Source of the DNA: an uncultured bacterium | GTDB lineage: Bacteria; Hinthialibacterota; Hinthialibacteria; Hinthialibacterales; Hinthialibacteraceae | Direction: 5' to 3' | Assembly: GCA_964556895.1 (NCBI GenBank) | Contig: CAZKYC010000004.1 | Span: forward strand, 11,964-75,963 | DNA length: 64,000 nt | Shown: positions 28,625 through 39,534 of the stretch, piece after piece | Position numbering within the stretch: the first letter of the stretch is position 1 | How the letters are laid out: the number at the start of each line of letters is the position of its first letter | Position numbers and translations under genes: made by a program | Notes under the pieces: generated by a model | What the model saw: the letters and a program-made list of their open reading frames with translations, nothing else | The model's database searches: none | What the model was told of the DNA's origin: nothing

Positions 28625-30106
28625 ATGGGTCTCAAAGTTTTTTTGGGTAACGGTCCCTGGTTGGTCGATGGATACTACGGCGTGCGCGCGGGTTCGCGTT
28701 GGCCTCACTTAGAAGAAAACGGCAACCAATATCTACCGTTTCCGTTCTATATGGCCTACGCCGCCGCCATGCTTGAAGACAAAGGTCACAAGACCCTCAC
28801 CGTTGACGGCGTCGCCGAGCGCATCCAAGAAGACGCCTACGTTCAACGCGCCACCGAGTTCATCCCTGATGTGTGTATCATCGAAGCCTCGGTCGCATCG
28901 CTGCCGTTAGACCTTCGCCAGGCCCAAAAGATCAAAGCGGTCTGTGCTGACACCAAAATCATCTTTTGCGGCATCCACGTCGACATGTATCGCCCCGAGT
29001 TTATCAATGAACACCCGGTGGTCGATTTTGTGTTGAAGGGCGAATATGACTTGGTCTCGACCAAGTTGATCGACGCCATTGAAGCGAAGGGCGATTATTC
29101 GGCGATACCCAATTTGGTCTATCGCGACCCAGACGGCGTCGCCCGCGAAACCGAAAACGGCGAGATCATCATGGACCTCGACGCGCTGCCCTGGCCGCTG
29201 CGCCGCGATCTGCCCATGCACAACTATTGGGACCTGCCGGGCGGCATCCCCGACCCCAGCCTTCAACTGTGGGCCAGCCGCGGGTGTCCGTTTAAGTGTA
29301 TCTTCTGCGCCTGGCCGCAGATCATGTACGGCAACAACAAATACCGCACCCGCGACGCCAAAGACATCGTCGAAGAGATCGAGTGGTGTGTGAAAGAGTA
29401 CGATTTCAAGTCATTCTATTTTGATGATGATACCTTCAACATCGGCAAGCGCCGCATCATGAATTTCTGTGACGAACTCAACAAACGCAATATCGGCCTG
29501 CCCTGGGCGGCGATGTCGCGGGCGGATACCTCTGACCCTGAGACGTTTAAAGCGATGAAAGACTCTGGCTTGATGGCGATTAAGTTTGGCGTTGAGTCAG
29601 GCTCGCAAGAACTGGTCGACAACGCCGAGAAAAACCTCGACCTCAACAAGGTCGAAGAAGCGGTCACCGTCTGCCACGACCTGGGCATCAACGTTCACCT
29701 CACGTTTAGTTTCGGCCTGCCAGGCGAAACCTGGGAGACCGTTCGCAAGACCATCAACTTCGCCAAGAAACTTGACCCCGAAACGCTGCAGTTCTCAATC
29801 ATGACGCCGTTTCCGGGATCGAGTTTTTATAAGATGCAGGAAGAAGCCGGAAAACTACTCACCAAAGACTGGTCGCAGTATGACGGCGGCACTACCTCGG
29901 TGGTCTGCACCGACGAACTCTCTGGCGAAGATTTACAAAAAGCGCTTAAGATGGCGTACAACGAATGGGACTGGCACAAAACGCTGCGTCCGTTGCGCGA
30001 CTTTCATCACTTCAAGCGCCTGATGAAACGTCCGCGCCATTCGTGGCACACCTTCAAATTTCTCGCCAAGCGCCACATCAAACGAATGATTCACGCCGGC
30101 GCGTGA
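28625..30106 (+). CDS. B12-binding domain radical SAM protein
   Basis: CPFKCIFC (CxxxCxxC) radical SAM cluster motif about 200 aa in, preceded by an N-terminal cobalamin-binding-like domain. 493 aa. Confidence 0.75.
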   Translation: MGLKVFLGNGPWLVDGYYGVRAGSRWPHLEENGNQYLPFPFYMAYAAAMLEDKGHKTLTVDGVAERIQEDAYVQRATEFIPDVCIIEASVASLPLDLRQAQKIKAVCADTKIIFCGIHVDMYRPEFINEHPVVDFVLKGEYDLVSTKLIDAIEAKGDYSAIPNLVYRDPDGVARETENGEIIMDLDALPWPLRRDLPMHNYWDLPGGIPDPSLQLWASRGCPFKCIFCAWPQIMYGNNKYRTRDAKDIVEEIEWCVKEYDFKSFYFDDDTFNIGKRRIMNFCDELNKRNIGLPWAAMSRADTSDPETFKAMKDSGLMAIKFGVESGSQELVDNAEKNLDLNKVEEAVTVCHDLGINVHLTFSFGLPGETWETVRKTINFAKKLDPETLQFSIMTPFPGSSFYKMQEEAGKLLTKDWSQYDGGTTSVVCTDELSGEDLQKALKMAYNEWDWHKTLRPLRDFHHFKRLMKRPRHSWHTFKFLAKRHIKRMIHAGA

Positions 30107-30150
30107 GGCGGGCGCCGCGTGCTGCGCCCGCAAGCGATTGAGATGAATCG

Positions 30151-30180
30151 CTGATCCCCCCTGTCCGCCAGCGGCGGCCC
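30151..30180. repeat. REP-like element, partial (first hairpin only)
   Basis: CTGATCCCCCCTGTCCGCCAGCGGCGGCCC. Lacks the C6-TTAATAA-G6 second hairpin. Confidence 0.5.
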
Positions 30181-30340
30181 TATATTCTAAGGATACGTTC
30201 GAAGGTGATCGTTAGCAGCGTAATTTGCTGTTTCTGCGCGTTGGATTTTCCCAAAAAGCGAGTAAGCCTCTGACGGTTAGGTTTTACTGGCCCTGCGTGT
30301 AAACTGTTTGTTCTCAACCAGTCACAACGTTAGGGCCATT

Positions 30341-31012
30341 ATGCAAACTGTTTATTTTGTCGACTTTGACCACACCATCTCCCGCCAGGACGTATGGGAT
30401 TACATCGTCAAAACCTACGCCTCTCATGTGTGGGAAAACTTGGTGCGCAAGTATATCGACGGCGAATTGACCTCGCGCCAATGTAACCAGCGCGTCGCCG
30501 AAGAACTGGTCATGCCCGAAGACATCGCCCGGCAGGAAATTCTCGGCATCGGCATCGATCCTGCGTTCCCGGCGTTTGCTGAATGGACGCGCAATAACGG
30601 CCTCCCCATGTCGATTGTTTCTGACGGGTACGACTATTACATCGACTTGTTGTTGAAACAGGAAAACTTAGATTGGATCCCTACATTCAGCAACCACATG
30701 AGCTGGAACAACGACCGGGTAGAAGCGGCGTTCCCCTGGAGCCGCTCGGCCTGCGAGCGCGATATGGCGAACTGTAAATGCCAGCATATCGAAAAAGCCG
30801 AAGGCAAGCGGCGGGTGTATGTCGGCGACGGCGTCTCAGACACCTGCGCCGCGCCCAAATGTGAAGTGGTTTACGCCAAGCGGGGTCTGCTCGACCATTG
30901 CGTCAAACATGGCGTTAAACACATTGCGTTTGATTCGTTCGCCGAAATTTTAGACCACGAAAAAGCGTGGCACGAATCACAGGCCCAAGACCCTCGCCTT
31001 AGTTTGACATAA
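30341..31012 (+). CDS. HAD-superfamily phosphatase, MtnX-like subfamily
   Basis: Motif I FVDFDHTIS (DxDxT) sits at residues 6-14 when ATG 30341 is used. C-terminal VGDGVSD is motif IV. Confidence 0.55.
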   Translation: MQTVYFVDFDHTISRQDVWDYIVKTYASHVWENLVRKYIDGELTSRQCNQRVAEELVMPEDIARQEILGIGIDPAFPAFAEWTRNNGLPMSIVSDGYDYYIDLLLKQENLDWIPTFSNHMSWNNDRVEAAFPWSRSACERDMANCKCQHIEKAEGKRRVYVGDGVSDTCAAPKCEVVYAKRGLLDHCVKHGVKHIAFDSFAEILDHEKAWHESQAQDPRLSLT

Positions 31013-31030
31013 CGCGGGTATACTATAGAC

Positions 31031-31900
31031 ATGACGAACCCCCCAAAAATCACGGTTCCAGATTTTCAGCGTATGAAACAACGAGACGAAAAAATCTCGG
31101 TGTTGACTGCGTATGATTACACCTTCGCCAGTTTGATAGACAACGCGGGCGTTGACGCCATTTTGGTGGGCGACTCGCTGGGCATGATCGTCCAGGGGCA
31201 AGACTCGACCGTACCCGTTACCATGGACGACATTGTCTATCACACCCTCGCGGTCAAACGCGGCGTGAACCGCGCGATGATTATCGCCGACCTGCCGTTT
31301 TTGAGTTACCAGATATCTATCGAAGACACCATGAAAAACGCCGCGCGGCTGCTGCAAGAAGGCGGCGCCGACACGGTCAAACTTGAAGGCGGGCTGAGCC
31401 AGGCCGCGACGGTCAAACGGCTGGTCGAAGCGGGCATTCCGGTGATGGGCCATGTCGGCCTGGGACCGCAGTCGATCAAACAACTGGGCAGCCATAAAGT
31501 TCAGGGCAAGACCGCCCAGGCGGCCCAACAGTTAGTTCAAGACGCCTGCGCCCTTCAAGACGCGGGCGCGTTTTCGGTTGTGATCGAGGCCGTGCCCTGG
31601 CCGGCGGCGCAGCGCATCAGCGAGACGCTGACCATCCCGACGATTGGAATCGGCGCCGGGCCTCACTGCGACGGCCAGGTGTTGGTGTTCGCCGACCTGT
31701 TAGGGTTGTTCACCGCGTTTCAGCCTCATTTTGTGCGCCGCTTCGCCCAGTTGGGCGATAAAGCCACCCAGGCGTTTCAAGACTTTAACCGCGCCGTCAA
31801 AGACGGCTCCTTTCCGTCGTATGACGAAAGTTACCCGATGAACGAAGACGAACGCGCCGAGATGGAGCAACGCGCCTTCACGCCGCCCGAACGCCCTTAG
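31031..31900 (+). CDS. panB: 3-methyl-2-oxobutanoate hydroxymethyltransferase
   Basis: LTAYDY, ILVGDSLGM and the GHVGLGPQS region all match PanB. Confidence 0.9.
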   Translation: MTNPPKITVPDFQRMKQRDEKISVLTAYDYTFASLIDNAGVDAILVGDSLGMIVQGQDSTVPVTMDDIVYHTLAVKRGVNRAMIIADLPFLSYQISIEDTMKNAARLLQEGGADTVKLEGGLSQAATVKRLVEAGIPVMGHVGLGPQSIKQLGSHKVQGKTAQAAQQLVQDACALQDAGAFSVVIEAVPWPAAQRISETLTIPTIGIGAGPHCDGQVLVFADLLGLFTAFQPHFVRRFAQLGDKATQAFQDFNRAVKDGSFPSYDESYPMNEDERAEMEQRAFTPPERP

Positions 31901-31915
31901 CGTCTCCATTGAGGG

Positions 31916-32779
31916 ATGGAGAGTTGGAGTCAAGCATTGCAGGTTCTTCGCAGCGTTTCAGACTTACGCCAAACCATCACAAGATGGAAACACAACGGCC
32001 TGTCAATCGGCCTGGCGCCGACCATGGGCTATCTGCACGAAGGCCATCTGTCTCTGGTTCGCGCCGCCAAAGAAAACAACCACCGCACGCTTGCCACCAT
32101 CTTTGTGAACCCCACCCAATTTGTTGAGGGCGAAGACTTTGAGCGCTACCCGCGCGATGAAGAGCGCGACCTTGAGTTGCTTAACCAAGACGGCGCTGAC
32201 GCGGTGTTTATTCCCGGGCCGAGTGATATCTATCCGGATGGGTTCTCGACTTATGTTGAACCGCCCGCGCCGGCCGAGGGGTGGTGCGGCGGTTCGCGGC
32301 CCGGCCATTTTCGCGGCGTGTGTACGGTGGTCTCGATCTTGTTCAACCTGACTCAACCCGACCGCGCGTATTTTGGCCAGAAAGACGCGCAACAGTTAGC
32401 GGTCATTCGCCGCATTACCACCGACTTGGGGTTTCCGGTTGAAATTATCGGCTTGGCGACCGTGCGCGAGCCTGACGGCCTGGCGATGTCGTCGCGCAAC
32501 GCCTACTTAAGTGATGAACAACGCAAGCAGGCGCTCATTCTCACCCAAACCCTTCAACAAGGCATTGAACAGTTTCGGTCTGGCGCCAAAGACGCGCAGG
32601 CGATTCTCGCCGAAGGGACAAAAGCAATTGAATCAACTGACGGCGTCCGGCTGGACTACCTGGGCGTAGTCGATGAGAATACATTTAGATCTGTTACTGT
32701 CATTCAGAATGGGAACCTTTATATCGGCGCGATGGTTGTGGGCAACACCCGCCTCATCGACAATCGCGCGTTTGAGTGA
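31916..32779 (+). CDS. panC: pantoate--beta-alanine ligase
   Basis: PTMGYLHEGHLSLV (HIGH-like motif) and the FGQKDAQQ region. Confidence 0.9.
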   Translation: MESWSQALQVLRSVSDLRQTITRWKHNGLSIGLAPTMGYLHEGHLSLVRAAKENNHRTLATIFVNPTQFVEGEDFERYPRDEERDLELLNQDGADAVFIPGPSDIYPDGFSTYVEPPAPAEGWCGGSRPGHFRGVCTVVSILFNLTQPDRAYFGQKDAQQLAVIRRITTDLGFPVEIIGLATVREPDGLAMSSRNAYLSDEQRKQALILTQTLQQGIEQFRSGAKDAQAILAEGTKAIESTDGVRLDYLGVVDENTFRSVTVIQNGNLYIGAMVVGNTRLIDNRAFE

Positions 32780-32788
32780 GTAACTATC

Positions 32789-33175
32789 ATGCAGCGCATC
32801 ATGTTGAAGTCAAAAATCCACGAAGCCCGGGTCACCGGTAGGGAACTTCACTACGCGGGCAGCCTGGCGTTGGATGAAGAATTGATGGATGCCGCCGACC
32901 TGGCCTGCGGCGAACAGGTTCACCTGTTAAACGTCAGCAACGGCGAGCGCATTGTCACCTATGTGTTCCCGGCCAAAAAAGGCTCGGGCGTTGTCTCAGT
33001 GAAAGGCGCGGCGGCGCGCCTGTTTGATGACAAGGATTTGATTTTGGTGTTGTCTTACGCCCATTATGATGAAGACGAACTGGAGTCGTATTCGCATCGC
33101 ATCGTTTATGTCGACGACAAAAACAATCTGGTGCGCGTCGAAAACCGGACCGAAGAAGACTATCTCGAAGCCTAA
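32789..33175 (+). CDS. panD: aspartate 1-decarboxylase (pyruvoyl-dependent)
   Basis: MLKSKIHEARVTG...YAGS (Gly-Ser self-cleavage site). 128 aa. Confidence 0.85.
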   Translation: MQRIMLKSKIHEARVTGRELHYAGSLALDEELMDAADLACGEQVHLLNVSNGERIVTYVFPAKKGSGVVSVKGAAARLFDDKDLILVLSYAHYDEDELESYSHRIVYVDDKNNLVRVENRTEEDYLEA

Positions 33176-33196
33176 CCCACGGCGGCTGTTGTCACC

Positions 33197-34816
33197 ATGA
33201 AAATACAGACCAGCGACTTTCTCATCATTGGCTCCGGCGTCGCCGGGTTACACACCACCCTCAACGCCGCCCAATCGGGCAGCGTCAACCTGGTCACCAA
33301 AAAAGACGATTTTGAATCGAACACCAACTACGCCCAGGGCGGCATCGCCTCAGTACTCGACCGCCATGACTCGTTTGACTCGCATGTACGCGACACCCTC
33401 GAAGCGGGCGCGGGCCTGTGCCGCCGCGACGCGGTCGAACTTATCGTCGAGCACGGGCCTGAAGCGATCCAATCGCTGATCGATATCGGGGTCGAGTTTA
33501 CCCGCCGCCGCGACGGCGAACTCGAACTAGGGCGCGAAGGCGGCCATTCGTACCGGCGCATCGTCCACGCCAAAGACCTGACCGGGCGCGAAGTCGAACG
33601 CGCCCTGTTGAAAAAGGTGCGCAGCCTCGACAACGTCACAATCTTTCAGTATTACTTCGCTGTTGATTTGATCGTCGACGATGCCGGCCGTTGTTGGGGC
33701 GCCTGGGTGTGGGATGAAAAGAGCGAAGAGGCCATCGCCTTTCTGGCGAGCGTCACGCTGATGTGTTCGGGCGGCTGCGGCCTGGTCTACCAACACAGCA
33801 CCAACCCGTCAATCGCCACCGGCGACGGCGTCGCCATGGGGTTTCGCGCCGGCGCGCCCATCGCCAATATGGAGTTCATTCAGTTTCACCCAACGGCGTT
33901 TTATCGCCCGGACGCCAATGACGCCCCGTTTTTAATTTCTGAAGCGGTGCGCGGCGAAGGGGCCATACTTCGCAAGCGCGACGGCGAAGCCTTCATGGAG
34001 CGCTACCACCCGCTCAAAGACCTGGCGCCCCGCGACATCGTCGCCCGGGCCATCGACGCCGAAACCAAACAAAGCGGCGACCCCTATTGTTATCTCGACG
34101 TTAGCCACATTGAGTTTGATTTCTTTCAATCGCGTTTTCCCAACATCACCGCCTATTGCGAGTCAAACGGCGTCAAGCTGCCGTTTGACTCGATCCCGGT
34201 GGTCCCGGCGGCCCATTATATGTGCGGCGGGGTGTTGTCTGACCTCAACGGCGCTACCAACATCACAGGGTTTTTCGTGATTGGCGAAGCCGCCTGTACG
34301 GGCGTTCACGGCGCCAACCGTCTGGCCAGCAACTCGATCTTAGAAGCGCTGATCTTCAGCCGCCGCGCGCTGGAAGTGATTACAGAACAATCACTCTTAC
34401 AACCGCCGCCCGACGCCTTGGGCCTCGATTGGAACAAACCCAAGCCGACCGAGCGCATCGAAAGCATACAGTTCGTCAATTGCCGCCAGACGCTCAGCAA
34501 ATTGATGTGGGATTACGTCGGAATTGTTCGCTCAGACGAGCGGCTTCACCTCGCCCACAAACGCATCAAAGTGTTAAAAGAAGAAATTGATGGATACTAC
34601 GAGTCGGGCTACATCAACCGCCAGGTGTTAGAATTGCGCAATCTGGTTCAAACCGCTGACTTGATCATTCATTGCGCCTGGCAGCGTAAAGAAAGCCGCG
34701 GCTTACACTACAACCTCGACTATCCACAAATTCTCGCCGACCCGTTCGATTCGGTCATTACCCGCAACGAATACGGCCGCCCTCACATCGAAAGCCGCCC
34801 GGTTGCGTCTATTTAA
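33197..34816 (+). CDS. nadB: L-aspartate oxidase
   Basis: N-terminal FAD motif IIGSGVAG, AQGGIA, and fumarate-reductase-family conservation. 539 aa. Confidence 0.9.
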   Translation: MKIQTSDFLIIGSGVAGLHTTLNAAQSGSVNLVTKKDDFESNTNYAQGGIASVLDRHDSFDSHVRDTLEAGAGLCRRDAVELIVEHGPEAIQSLIDIGVEFTRRRDGELELGREGGHSYRRIVHAKDLTGREVERALLKKVRSLDNVTIFQYYFAVDLIVDDAGRCWGAWVWDEKSEEAIAFLASVTLMCSGGCGLVYQHSTNPSIATGDGVAMGFRAGAPIANMEFIQFHPTAFYRPDANDAPFLISEAVRGEGAILRKRDGEAFMERYHPLKDLAPRDIVARAIDAETKQSGDPYCYLDVSHIEFDFFQSRFPNITAYCESNGVKLPFDSIPVVPAAHYMCGGVLSDLNGATNITGFFVIGEAACTGVHGANRLASNSILEALIFSRRALEVITEQSLLQPPPDALGLDWNKPKPTERIESIQFVNCRQTLSKLMWDYVGIVRSDERLHLAHKRIKVLKEEIDGYYESGYINRQVLELRNLVQTADLIIHCAWQRKESRGLHYNLDYPQILADPFDSVITRNEYGRPHIESRPVASI

Positions 34817-34868
34817 CAGCCATCTCGAATGAATGAGTACGAATTAGGATCCAGACTTATCAATAAAT

Positions 34869-34985
34869 GAGGCTCATCCGGGATTTGGATACGTTCTCTC
34901 AAATTGAATTAAAAGTTCCCGACACGATCTCAAGGATGATTTTTTTATGGTTGTATTTGGCATGGGTACAACTCTGCTCGCTTCA
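34869..34985 (+). repeat. 120-bp direct repeat, left copy flanking bioA
   Basis: GGCTCATCCGGGATTTGGATACGTTCTCTCAAATTGAATTAAAAGTTCC...GGCATGGGTACAACTCTGCTCGCTTC. About 93% identical to 36634-36752. Confidence 0.8.
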
Positions 34986-35146
34986 GTGCGGCTCCGCCTT
35001 TTTGCACAGGCGCTCACAGAGTTGCACCCATGCCTGAGTTGGATTGTCTATTATTGATAGGACGAATATCGTTTTTTGCCCCAATCCCAGGTCATCCAGC
35101 AAGGGAAGTACTCAAATATCGGAAGAACCATAAATGACAACTCTTT

Positions 35147-36547
35147 TTAGGCCTGGGCGCCAGATTCTGCCAGCGTTTTGCCATCCAAGACCTCAGCCAT
35201 CGACTCTTCGAGCGCGTCGAACAAGAAATCAATTTCTTCGGGGGTGGTGATGAGCGGCGGAATTACCACCAGCGTATTGCCCAACGGCCGCAGCCACACC
35301 CCGCGGGTTCGCATGGCGAAGCACACCTTCGCGCCCATCTTCTGTTCGATGGGATAGGCGCGTTTCTGCGAGCGGCTTTCGGCGATGTCGATGCCCGCGA
35401 TTAACCCGATGGCGTGAATATCAGCGACGTGGTCGCTTGAGTCATACAATTGGTCAAGGCGAGTTTGCATGCGCTCGACGGCGGGCCGCATGGCGTTGAG
35501 CGAGTTGTCTTTGTCAAACAGGTCTAAACTGGCCAGCGCCGCCGCGCAGCCCATCTGGTTGCCAGTGTATGAATGGCCATGGAAGAAGGTTTTAAACTCG
35601 CCATAGTCTCCGAGAAACGATTGATAGATCGCGTCGGTCGCCAACGTCGCCGCTAGAGGCAGGTAGCCGCCGGTGATGCCCTTCGCCAGGCACAACAAGT
35701 CGGGTGTGACGCCTTCTTGTTGGCAGCCAAACAGGGCCCCGGTGCGGCCAAAGCCGACAAACACCTCGTCGCAGATTAAGAGAATATTGTATTGGCCGCA
35801 GAGTTGGCGCAGCCCCTTCAAGAAGCCAGGCGCCTGGGTTCGCAGGCCCGAGGCGCCCTGAACAATCGGCTCGATGATTACCGCCGCGCATTTCGTCGCG
35901 TGCTCTTTAAGCACAGCCTCGCAGGCGTCCAGCGCCTGTTGACTGACGGCCTCTGGGCCTTCTGGGTTGGCGTATTTTGAATAGACCGGATACGGCGCGC
36001 GATAGGTTTTGAAGAGCAACGGCCCAAAAACGCTGTGAAACAGGTCAATGCCGCCCACGCTGACGCTGCCGATGGTGTCGCCGTGGTAGGCGCCTTCAAA
36101 GGTGATAAACGAACAGCGGTTGAGGTCAGGATTCTCTTTTTGCCGCCATGATTGAAACGCCATTTTGAGGGCGACTTCAACCGAGGTCGAGCCGTTATCT
36201 GAATAAAACACTTTTGACAGTCCATCCGGCGCGGCCTCAACCAGGCGTTTCGCCAATTCAATTGCGGGCGCGTTAGACGGTCCCAATAGCGTTGAGTGGG
36301 CGATGCGTTGCGCCTGGTCATGCATCGCTTGGTTCATCTCTGGCCGGGCGTGGCCGTGAAGGTTCACCCACAGCGATGAATTGCCGTCGAAGTATTTGTT
36401 TCCCTCAGCGTCATAGAGATACACTCCCTCGCCGCGCTCGACGATGAGCGGCGGTTCGTTGGCGTAGTCTTGCATCTGAGTGAACGGGTGCCAGAGATAT
36501 TGCTTGTCCCAGTCGGCGAGAATAGATGGTTTGATTGGTTTGGTCAT
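35147..36547 (-). CDS. bioA: adenosylmethionine-8-amino-7-oxononanoate aminotransferase
   Basis: Class-III aminotransferase with BioA-specific N-terminus (WHPFTQM) and a PLP-lysine region. Confidence 0.9.
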   Translation of the reverse strand: MTKPIKPSILADWDKQYLWHPFTQMQDYANEPPLIVERGEGVYLYDAEGNKYFDGNSSLWVNLHGHARPEMNQAMHDQAQRIAHSTLLGPSNAPAIELAKRLVEAAPDGLSKVFYSDNGSTSVEVALKMAFQSWRQKENPDLNRCSFITFEGAYHGDTIGSVSVGGIDLFHSVFGPLLFKTYRAPYPVYSKYANPEGPEAVSQQALDACEAVLKEHATKCAAVIIEPIVQGASGLRTQAPGFLKGLRQLCGQYNILLICDEVFVGFGRTGALFGCQQEGVTPDLLCLAKGITGGYLPLAATLATDAIYQSFLGDYGEFKTFFHGHSYTGNQMGCAAALASLDLFDKDNSLNAMRPAVERMQTRLDQLYDSSDHVADIHAIGLIAGIDIAESRSQKRAYPIEQKMGAKVCFAMRTRGVWLRPLGNTLVVIPPLITTPEEIDFLFDALEESMAEVLDGKTLAESGAQA

Positions 36548-36633
36548 GGTTTGATTTTGATTGTTTTATATTAACGATGTAGGGGCGCAGCGCGCTGCAC
36601 CCCGAATGAACAAGAACCCATCTCAAAAATACT

Positions 36634-36752
36634 GGCTCATCCCGGATTTGGATTCGTTCTCTCAAATTGAATTAAAATTTCCTGACACGATCTCAAGGAT
36701 GATTTTTTTATCGTTGTATGTGGCATGGGTATAACTCTGCTCGCTTCGCAGC
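36634..36752 (+). repeat. 120-bp direct repeat, right copy flanking bioA
   Basis: See 34869-34985. Runs directly into the tandem array. Confidence 0.8.
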
Positions 36753-37201
36753 CGCTCACTATTCCCCAGCAATTGCTGCGAAATCGGCAGCCCTTGTGAA
36801 ATATCTTGATCCCCCCTGTCCGCCGATGGCGGCCTTCCCCCCTTAATAAGGGGGGTGTCTAGCCCCTGTTTATTTTTGAGACGGCTTCTAACTTGCTTAT
36901 TCTCACTCGTTTCGCAGCCGCTCACTATTCCCCAGCAATTGCTGCGAAATCGGCAGCCCTTGTGAAATATCTTGATCCCCCCTGTCCGCCGATGGCGGCC
37001 TTCCCCCCTTAATAAGGGGGGTGTCTAGCCCCTGTTTATTTTTGAGACGGCTTCTAACTTGCTTATTCTCACTCGTTTCGCAGCCGCTCACTATTCCCCA
37101 GCAATTGCTGCGAAATCGGCAGCCCTTGTGAAATATCTTGATCCCCCCTGTCCGCCGATGGCGGCCTTCCCCCCTTAATAAGGGGGGTGTCTAGCCCCTG
37201 T

Positions 37202-37204
<3 letters not shown>
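36736..37204. repeat. tandem direct repeat, 166-bp unit x 2.8
   Basis: Unit ...CGCAGCCGCTCACTATTCCCCAGCAATTGCTGCGAAATCGGCAGCCCTTGTGAAATATCTTGATCCCCCCTGTCCGCCGATGGCGGCCTTCCCCCCTTAATAAGGGGGGTGTCTAGCCCCTGTTTATTTTTGAGACGGCTTCTAACTTGCTTATTCTCACT. Copies are essentially identical. Each contains one REP-like hairpin. The last copy is truncated exactly at the bioD stop codon. Confidence 0.85.
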
Positions 37205-37969
<765 letters not shown>

Positions 37970-37989
37970 TTATATAGTAAACGAGAGTA

Positions 37990-39198
37990 TTACGCGGCCA
38001 ATGGAGCAGGCAACGCAACACCCATCACCCCAGACAAGACGACCAATAAAATCGCCACAACGGCTGCGACGATCATACTGTCTTTGATGGTCTTGCCTTC
38101 GCCGCTCGAAATCGAGCCCATCCAGGCCGGGACGAAGATCGCGCCCAAGAGGCCGATGGCGAAGATAATGCTGAAGCCTGTGCCTGCCATTTCACCCGGC
38201 ACGCGAGCAAACATCAGTCCGGCGATTGTCGGGAAGATTGGCGCGAACAATAAGCCAAGCAGGATGACGCAAATTGTCGCTGCGCCTTTGCTGTTGATGC
38301 CCTTCATCGCGAACAAAACGACTGCGGAAACAGCCGCAAGCACCAGAATAAACCAAGGGCCGTTTGCGCCTGAAAGAACAATCATTTGGCCCACCACCAA
38401 CGCTGTAAAGAGCCGGCCAGCCATGATCGCGACTGAGAAGAATGACAGGTTTGTATTGGCTTGCGTGTCAGTTGCGCCCACGCTGGTCATATAGGTGGTG
38501 ATCCACCCCGCCATCGACACTTCAAGCGCAATGTAGAACATGAGACCCAACGCACAAAGAATAATCGTTGGGTCGGTGATCAAACCACTCGCCGCGGATG
38601 CGCTGAAGTTTCCGCCTGATTCGGGAAAGGTTGCCATGAAAGCAATCACTAAAGGAACCACAAGCAACAGGCCTAAAATCGTCAAAGACCCGCCGAATGA
38701 CATGCGTTTAAACAGAAAAGCAGAGAGCATCGGCGTAACAAATGCGCCCACGCCAAAGAACACGTTGCCCAAGTTGCCAGACTGGCCTGGGTCAGGAAAA
38801 ACAATGGCCGGGTTGCCAAGAAGGACGTTGCCCGCCGTGTTCATAAACATACTACCGACGCCCAAGAACAAGCAGGCGACGACTGCGATGGCATAGGTTT
38901 TCGCCTGGCCCATAAAGAGCATCGATGCAATGCCCGCAGCGAAACCAATAATGGCGCAGGTTTGATAACCAAAGTTATCGGTGACAATTCCCGCGACTAA
39001 GACAAACACTAAATTGCTGAAGTTGTAGACAGAAAACAATTTGCCCATTTGGGCGTCGTTGATGCCTAGGGTTTCTGTCAGTTTTAATTTAATGCTTCCC
39101 AATAAAAACATGGTAAGCCCGAGGCCAAATACGCTGGTTACGGCCACGATATTCGCAAACATCATGTTTTGATCTTCCATTTGCGCAGTTCCTCCCAA
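37990..39198 (-). CDS. MFS transporter
   Basis: Twelve hydrophobic helices. GIVTDNFG (motif-A-like) between TM2 and TM3. Confidence 0.6.
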   Translation of the reverse strand: MGGTAQMEDQNMMFANIVAVTSVFGLGLTMFLLGSIKLKLTETLGINDAQMGKLFSVYNFSNLVFVLVAGIVTDNFGYQTCAIIGFAAGIASMLFMGQAKTYAIAVVACLFLGVGSMFMNTAGNVLLGNPAIVFPDPGQSGNLGNVFFGVGAFVTPMLSAFLFKRMSFGGSLTILGLLLVVPLVIAFMATFPESGGNFSASAASGLITDPTIILCALGLMFYIALEVSMAGWITTYMTSVGATDTQANTNLSFFSVAIMAGRLFTALVVGQMIVLSGANGPWFILVLAAVSAVVLFAMKGINSKGAATICVILLGLLFAPIFPTIAGLMFARVPGEMAGTGFSIIFAIGLLGAIFVPAWMGSISSGEGKTIKDSMIVAAVVAILLVVLSGVMGVALPAPLAA

Positions 39199-39534
39199 GC
39201 CAAGATATGCTTGCTGGTTACACAGCAGGCGAGGCGATTATTACATACCCCAAGTTGAGTATCAACGGGCGGAGACCGAAACCGCCCTACATTTTTGTAG
39301 GGCGCGTGCGACGCGATTGCCTATCCCCAAAATTGGCAAATGCATAGAAACACGGTGGTGAATGATTCTCTTGGGTATTTGTCCGTTGTACTTCGATGAG
39401 TTTTTAATTAGTCGTGATCCCTCACAAAATCTAAACCAAGCCCTAAGCATCTTCTAATAACGGTTTAATTCGCTTCCAACATTGAGATGGATACTGGTAA
39501 CAGCAACATCTAACCAAAATTTGGAGGCAGTAGT

